Assembly (NCBI GenBank): GCA_965645245.1
Contig: OZ287077.1
Coordinates: 806,001-870,000, forward strand
Length of the DNA: 64,000 nucleotides
Source of the DNA: Massalongia carnosa
Taxonomy: Eukaryota
Direction: 5' to 3'
The notes beneath the pieces were generated by a model. It was not told the DNA's origin and ran no database searches. It saw only the letters and a list, made by a program, of their open reading frames with translations. Made by a program: the position numbers and the translations under genes. Shown in pieces: positions 60,754 through 64,000 of this stretch (position 1 is the stretch's first letter; every line of letters begins with the position of its first letter).

Positions 60754-62760
60754 TTTGTGGTTTTGTGTGGGTGGGTGAGTGGGTTTTTTGTTTACTGATT
60801 ATGACATGCTAAGGGTGGTTGAGGGTTGGGTTGGATTTGTTTGCTTTTGCTTGGTTGCTTGGTTAGATAGCAGGGAGACTTTTACTTTGTCTAGACCAAG
60901 ATGGAATTATGGAGGAGAAAGAGATCCCAAGTATACATATACTGTGAATATATCCCGTGATTTTAAACGTCCCCATTCCGAACGCTGTTTGTAGTTTTTT
61001 ATTTGCTTCAATTTTCTAGACTCATTCCATGCTCCCCACCCTGGCTTGTGACTTCATCTCATGACCAAGCTTATTTCCGCTACTCCTGTTCAGTCGCCGA
61101 CTAGAAGGCTCGGCTGATCAGGAACCGGAGGGGACAACCTCGGGGGGCAAGCTCACAGGAAAGTACTGGAGAAGAAATAGGAGTGTGACGATGAAAACCG
61201 TAACCCTGTAGAAAACCCGCGGACATCCTACCATACTGTCCATGCCATAGCAACAGTATTTAGACTCCGAACGTGTGAAGTGAGGTATGTAGAGCAGGTT
61301 GATCAAGATCTTGAACTGTATGTCCTACTGATACTCACTCCTGCTGTATCAGGTATTTGCAAGATAGGATATCAGCTATGCTAAGGCGACGATCAAGCAA
61401 GAAGCTGACGAAAAGTCTTCTCACCCAAAGATACTAAGTGATACGCAGTTTAGTGTACACGCGCATTAGGATCGTCAGGGTTGAAACGATCATATATAAG
61501 ACGGGTTTTTTTTTGTGATAATGTACCAGCAAAAAGTTTCTGGGTTAACGAAGTTGGAAGATACGCCTAGCGGAGGCACTATCGTCAGGCTACCTGATAG
61601 GTTCCGAACCGCCTCTTGAGTGGATAGGGCGATCGGTAGCGATGTATCCCGATTAACGATATTATTAAGGGGGGGAGTGAATGCAAAGTTCACATTAAGA
61701 CAAAGTCAAGATATGAAGTATGAGGAATGAAGCTTGCGGTCCTAGCCTGTCGATCCTGCCAAAGTACAAAGCATATGAAGACGCTATGGCAAGGTCTCAC
61801 TTTTGGATCAGATTCTGAATAAGACTCCGACACCGATAATCAAGCTAGATTATGGGGTGGTGTAATTCTCAATGCTGTATTGCTTGACCTGAAAAAATGA
61901 TTGAGAGTGTTCAAAATGAACGGGAATGAAGCGAGGTACTCCGCAGATGCAATGCCAATGAAAGCTTTGGCGACAACAGGCTGCGTGATATGAGATGCAT
62001 TAGTTCCGGTTGACTAAACTCCTGTAGAACCGAAAAGGCTTTGGTCCATTTAGTTAGTAGGCGGCTTGTCAGCCTCTCACCAATTGGAGGTCGCCCCCAT
62101 CAGAACTAGTGTTCTGGTGTGCTAGGGACCAGGGGGGAAACAGTCTGCGTTATGATTCTCAGATTTGTGTATATCTCGATACCTCATTATCAATAATCGA
62201 CGGTGATACTTTTCGTGTCCTTGTCGTTGACTGAAGTCAGCAAAGTAGATGAACGTGTAATTACTTAGATATCTCGGCTAGGGAAATATTTTTTCGAGCT
62301 GGTATAAAGAACGCCGTTGCAACGTAATATGCTTAACGTTGTCCTGCTCTACTTCCCTACAGCTGGGTTAGCTTCTTCAGTTCTCTAACTAAACCTTTTC
62401 AACAAACGTCAGATCATACCTTTCCACAGATGTCCTCTCTAAGTTGGCTTTCCTATGTCTTTCCCAAAGCTCTAGCTAGATCACTTGTGATCCCTTCTAC
62501 AGGTTTTCTTCCTGGAAATCCTGCGGTGCCATCAAGCCTCGGTTCGAGCTAGAATGGCTGTGATACCCACCCATAAGATGACGGGAAGGTAGCGATCAAC
62601 CTTTGGAGCGGCGATGTATGAAAACTCTTAACTGTCTAAATCGAGCTGAATGGTCCCAAGCTCTTGTCTCGTAAGTGATGATCGCATACACTGATGTAGT
62701 GGAGGTTCTTGGTGCTTCTCAACAAAGATTGCAAAGTCCACAACTCATCGTTCCTCCAAA

Positions 62761-64000
62761 TCATACGTGAATAATTAATCTGTCCTGACTTGGAGATATT
62801 AACTCCCTTCCGCTGACAGCTCCATGTTTAATCAGTAAATGCTCGACTTCACGGTACCTAAATTCCCTCGCGAAATCTAATGGCGTCCACCTCCTGTCCC
62901 AGCTGCTAGAATTGATCTGTGCATTCCTAGCCAACAATAGGCCAACAACAGTAATCTTGCCGTTGTGTGCGGCTATAGCTAATGGACTCATGCCCGACCA
63001 ACCCACACTCTCTATGTCTGCACCAGCGTTCAACAATAGCAGCACCACCGATTCATGGCCCTCACGAGATGCCTCATGGAGAGGGGATTCTCCATCAGGA
63101 GAGATGCAGGTTTTCGGGTCTGCACCATGTTCCAACAGAAGCTGTACGATTGTGTCGTTTCCCTGCTTGGCTGCTGTTATGAGGGCCGTCCATTCAACAG
63201 TGTTGCCTACCCTTCCTTCAACGAGCGCCCCCTGTTCCAACAGTATCGCAGCAACCAACTTACGGTTTCCCTTAATGGCCATGACCAACGGAATTTCATC
63301 TTCAGGGACGCAGGGATTTAGCGGCGCGACTATATGTCGTTTTCTTGGCTTCTTGATTCCCAATATGTTCCTAGCATCAACTTCCACATCAAACCCTTGT
63401 GCGAGGTATAAGACGACTAAAGCATTATTATGCCGAATGGCCCATGGAAGTGGCCCTGAACGTTTCCAGTCTGTATGAGTCATGGAGTAACCTCGGAGAA
63501 TAAGCGCTTCCACCACAAGCTGCTTATCCGCTTCAGTAAGCCTACACTTAAGTTCTTGTAGCTGCGACTTAACCATCTCAACTTTATTCGTTGGGGTTCG
63601 AGCAACAGAGACGCTCCTATCGCGAACAACGGAATCGGCATTGTTGAATCTGCTGTTTGTACCTTCAGATTAGCACTTTATCCTTGTTGCTGCCAAATGA
63701 GAGCTTTACATGTCATCCTTAAGCATGCATCCGACTCTTCGTAATTTCAGTGAACTAAGAACCTTAGAGGGTATCATATCTATATAGGCACCGGCTTCTA
63801 TCGAATCCCCTTTGCCCTCACATATTCTCGATAGCAATTCGAGTGACTCGTAATAGGAGATATGCTCCTTTCCGAGCGTACGCCGACGTCCAATCATAGC
63901 TTTTTGACAGTATCTCTCTGCAGCGTCACAATCTCCTTTTTCTAGTTGAAACTCGGCGAGAAAATGAGAAGCCGAGAGGATGCGCTCTGCATCTTCAGTT
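62761..64000 (-). CDS. TPR-like plus ankyrin-repeat protein, 3' part (5' end outside the window)
   Basis: Ankyrin repeats TALITAA, SPLHEAS, SPLAIAA, TPLDFA. Upstream exon AERYCQKAMIGRRRTLGKEH is TPR-like. Intron near 63664-63709. Confidence 0.8.

Noticed and set aside
59572..60778. Overlapping alternative ORFs with WV/GL/RP repeats
   Set aside because: Artefacts of the (GGGTCT)n tract and low complexity within the 614-aa frame.

Overview
Genomic DNA of a filamentous ascomycete (Pezizomycotina-type genes, short GT-AG introns with CTRAY branch sites). Host genes include an ACC-synthase-like aminotransferase, a glutamine-synthetase-like protein, an RBR E3 ligase, a beta-carbonic anhydrase, a Mae1/SLAC1-type transporter, a patatin, Atg22, Xpt1, an Sfl1-like HSF factor, a BTB protein, Lsc2 and a TPR/ankyrin gene. 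An MFS gene at the left end is pseudogenised. Two mobile systems stand out. (1) At 2617-7483 there is an ORF-intact tyrosine-recombinase retrotransposon (gag, RT/RNase H, YR; Ngaro-like content). Its ends are three interlocking INVERTED repeat pairs that share a CTTCT junction core, matching neither the DIRS nor the Ngaro layout. (2) At 29052-35054 there is an intact TIR DNA transposon with a transposase and a convergent RecQ-like helicase (AcademH-like) and an 8-bp TSD. It sits inside a ~0.3-kb non-autonomous element with the same termini and its own 8-bp TSD, which in turn sits in the 3' UTR of a truncated LINE. Also present: a stop-codon-inactivated Fot1/pogo element, a MITE, a decayed Copia 5' end, and two inverted LTR-like repeats bracketing two metabolic genes. 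All calls were made by eye; family names come from motif recognition, not database searches.
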